Source of the DNA: Oscillospiraceae bacterium
GTDB taxonomy: Bacteria; Bacillota; Clostridia; Oscillospirales; UBA929
Assembly (NCBI GenBank): GCA_009782385.1
Contig: WRJE01000004.1
Span: 1,549 to 65,548 of the forward strand
Length of the DNA: 64,000 bases
Direction of reading: 5' to 3'
This document shows positions 62,860 through 64,000 of the stretch, piece after piece. The notes beneath the pieces were generated by a model, which did not search any database, was not told the DNA's origin, and saw only the letters and a list, made by a program, of their open reading frames with translations. A program made the position numbers and the translations under genes. Position 1 is the first letter of the stretch; every line of letters starts with the position of its first letter.

Positions 62860-63618
62860 CTATACCGTTCCGATATAACACTCTGTAAACTGCGGATAGC
62901 GAATAATTCCGTCTTCATTATAGGCATCAAAAAGTGCGTTTAACTCTTTAACAAGTCCGTGGTACTTGTCGGGGTCTTTGTCTTCGCGCGGGCTGTATGA
63001 CCTCGACAAATTCATGCCTATATAGGCTTCACGGTTTATAACCATGTCGTTACTGAAAGTTTCTTTTGTTTTCTGTGAAAAGAAATCAGATAAATCTGAT
63101 GGCGCGTTTCCGCCTTTGCCCAATCCTTTCGTGTCTATGCAATATCTCTCCCTAATAACATAATCTTCTTTGACAAACTTTGCATTGTAATCTCTTGTAT
63201 TCCACACAAGGATGATTTTTCCGCCGGACTTTAATATTCGTTGGCACTCTGCCTTAAATATCTGTCTGTCAAACCAATGAAACGCTTGCGCCGCAGTTAC
63301 AAAATCAATACTGCTCTCATGCAGCCCAGTATTTTCAGCAGTTGCTTTTACAGATACGAAATTATTGTAATCCTTTAAGTCCTCTTCTGCAAGACAGCGC
63401 ATATCATTGTTTGGCTCAACACAATAGACATTGCTGCCTCTGTCCAACAAAAGCCGACTGAATATTCCCGTTCCCGAACCAATATCGGCTATTATGCTGT
63501 CTTTGCGGAATCCTGTTTCTGAGTATAGGTAATCAAAGAGTTCTTTGGGATACGATGCCCTGTATTTTTTATAGACATCCGCCTTGCCTGTAAATCTCTC
63601 CTCATTTTTAGTATTCAT
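62860..63618 (-). CDS. Class I SAM-dependent methyltransferase
   Basis: Motif I IADIGSGTGIFSRLLL. ~252 aa from the ATG at 63618. Confidence 0.8.
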   Translation of the reverse strand: MNTKNEERFTGKADVYKKYRASYPKELFDYLYSETGFRKDSIIADIGSGTGIFSRLLLDRGSNVYCVEPNNDMRCLAEEDLKDYNNFVSVKATAENTGLHESSIDFVTAAQAFHWFDRQIFKAECQRILKSGGKIILVWNTRDYNAKFVKEDYVIRERYCIDTKGLGKGGNAPSDLSDFFSQKTKETFSNDMVINREAYIGMNLSRSYSPREDKDPDKYHGLVKELNALFDAYNEDGIIRYPQFTECYIGTV

Positions 63619-63681
63619 CAAACCCTCCCTTACATAAAAAAACCGCGGCGGAGGGGAAATCCCCAATCGCCGTGGTATATA

Positions 63682-63894
63682 TCATGCTTCTTTCGTCTCC
63701 AAACCGAATTTGCGTTTGAAGCGGTCAACACGTCCGCCGGTATCCACAAGTTTTTGTTTGCCGGTAAAGAACGGATGGCACTTGGAGCATATTTCAACGC
63801 GGATTTCCTTTTTAACAGAGCCGGTCGTAAATGTCTCGCCGCAGGCGCACCGCACGTTGACCTGTTTATATTCGGGATGTATACCCTCTTTCAT
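63682..63894 (-). CDS. rpmE: 50S ribosomal protein L31 (Zn-ribbon type)
   Basis: [22 protein letters not shown]...[13 protein letters not shown]. Confidence 0.95.
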   Translation of the reverse strand: MKEGIHPEYKQVNVRCACGETFTTGSVKKEIRVEICSKCHPFFTGKQKLVDTGGRVDRFKRKFGLETKEA

Positions 63895-63914
63895 CTTAAA
63901 TCACCTCTCACGGT

Positions 63915-63943
63915 ACAATAACATAAATTGAATCGCTTGTCAA
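63915..63943 (-). promoter_or_regulatory. Sigma-A type promoter of rpmE
   Basis: On the minus strand: TTGACA (63938-63943), 17 nt spacer, TATTGT (63915-63920). Confidence 0.45.
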
Positions 63944-64000
63944 TGCAAAAATTAAAAATTTCAGCACAATTTCTGTACAAGTGTCAATGATAGGTGACAA

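Noticed and set aside
1-64000. tRNA, rRNA, tmRNA, RNase P and riboswitch candidates in the longer intergenic regions (1959-2170, 12545-13040, 23833-24288, 31730-31932, 49751-49894, 56269-56432).
   Set aside because: I recognised no cloverleaf-type or other known conserved RNA signatures. The regions are explained by promoters, terminators and the repeats listed. A covariance-model scan would be needed to exclude them fully.

Overview
This is a 64-kb chromosomal segment from a spore-forming, fairly GC-rich Firmicute of class Clostridia. Gene content looks Oscillospiraceae/Ruminococcaceae-like, but the taxon cannot be proven from this sequence. I recognised no rRNA, tRNA or CRISPR array.

The left ~7 kb is a visibly AT-richer mosaic of mobile DNA. 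It starts with the right end of an element bounded by a large serine recombinase that interrupts the sporulation gene dpaA (spoVFA). A hypothetical gene, a yafQ-dinJ toxin-antitoxin pair and an IS110-family element follow. The last two are bracketed by a 33-bp direct repeat that duplicates the 3' end of the adjacent glp-operon gene.

Core genes are:
- glpK, FAD-dependent G3P dehydrogenase, NAD(P)/FAD oxidoreductase and DUF1667
- hemW, a kdgK-like kinase and gnd
- maf-mreC-mreD-PBP2
- pgi, mgsA and serA/serC
- an MCP, and an ABC-2 exporter with a HisKA_3/NarL two-component pair
- rlmD-like methyltransferase, carB, pyrF-K-D-E and rpmE

Unusual content:
1. An orphan AgrC/AgrA-like (HPK10/LytTR) pair is preceded by a hidden convergent small-ORF/small-RNA locus.
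2. Three paralogous secreted proteins (669, 649 and 1068 aa) have unrelated N-terminal parts but share a ~260-280-aa lysine-rich C-terminal module of unknown function. They sit near the LytTR system and near a MalT-like STAND/LuxR regulator that is co-oriented with a two-domain ThyX-like protein.
3. There is an ECF sigma with a polytopic anti-sigma factor.
4. An AT-rich islet carries a CPBP protease, an ArsR regulator, YoeB and PIN toxins (each with a DinJ-type antitoxin) and a GNAT.
5. About 18 REP-like units (GTAG plus a GC-rich hairpin) occur in 8 intergenic clusters.

The strongest candidates for something new are the dpaA-splitting recombinase element, the variable-head/conserved-tail secreted protein family with its regulators, the small-ORF/sRNA locus and the REP family. 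All functional calls come from motif recognition by eye; no database search was run.
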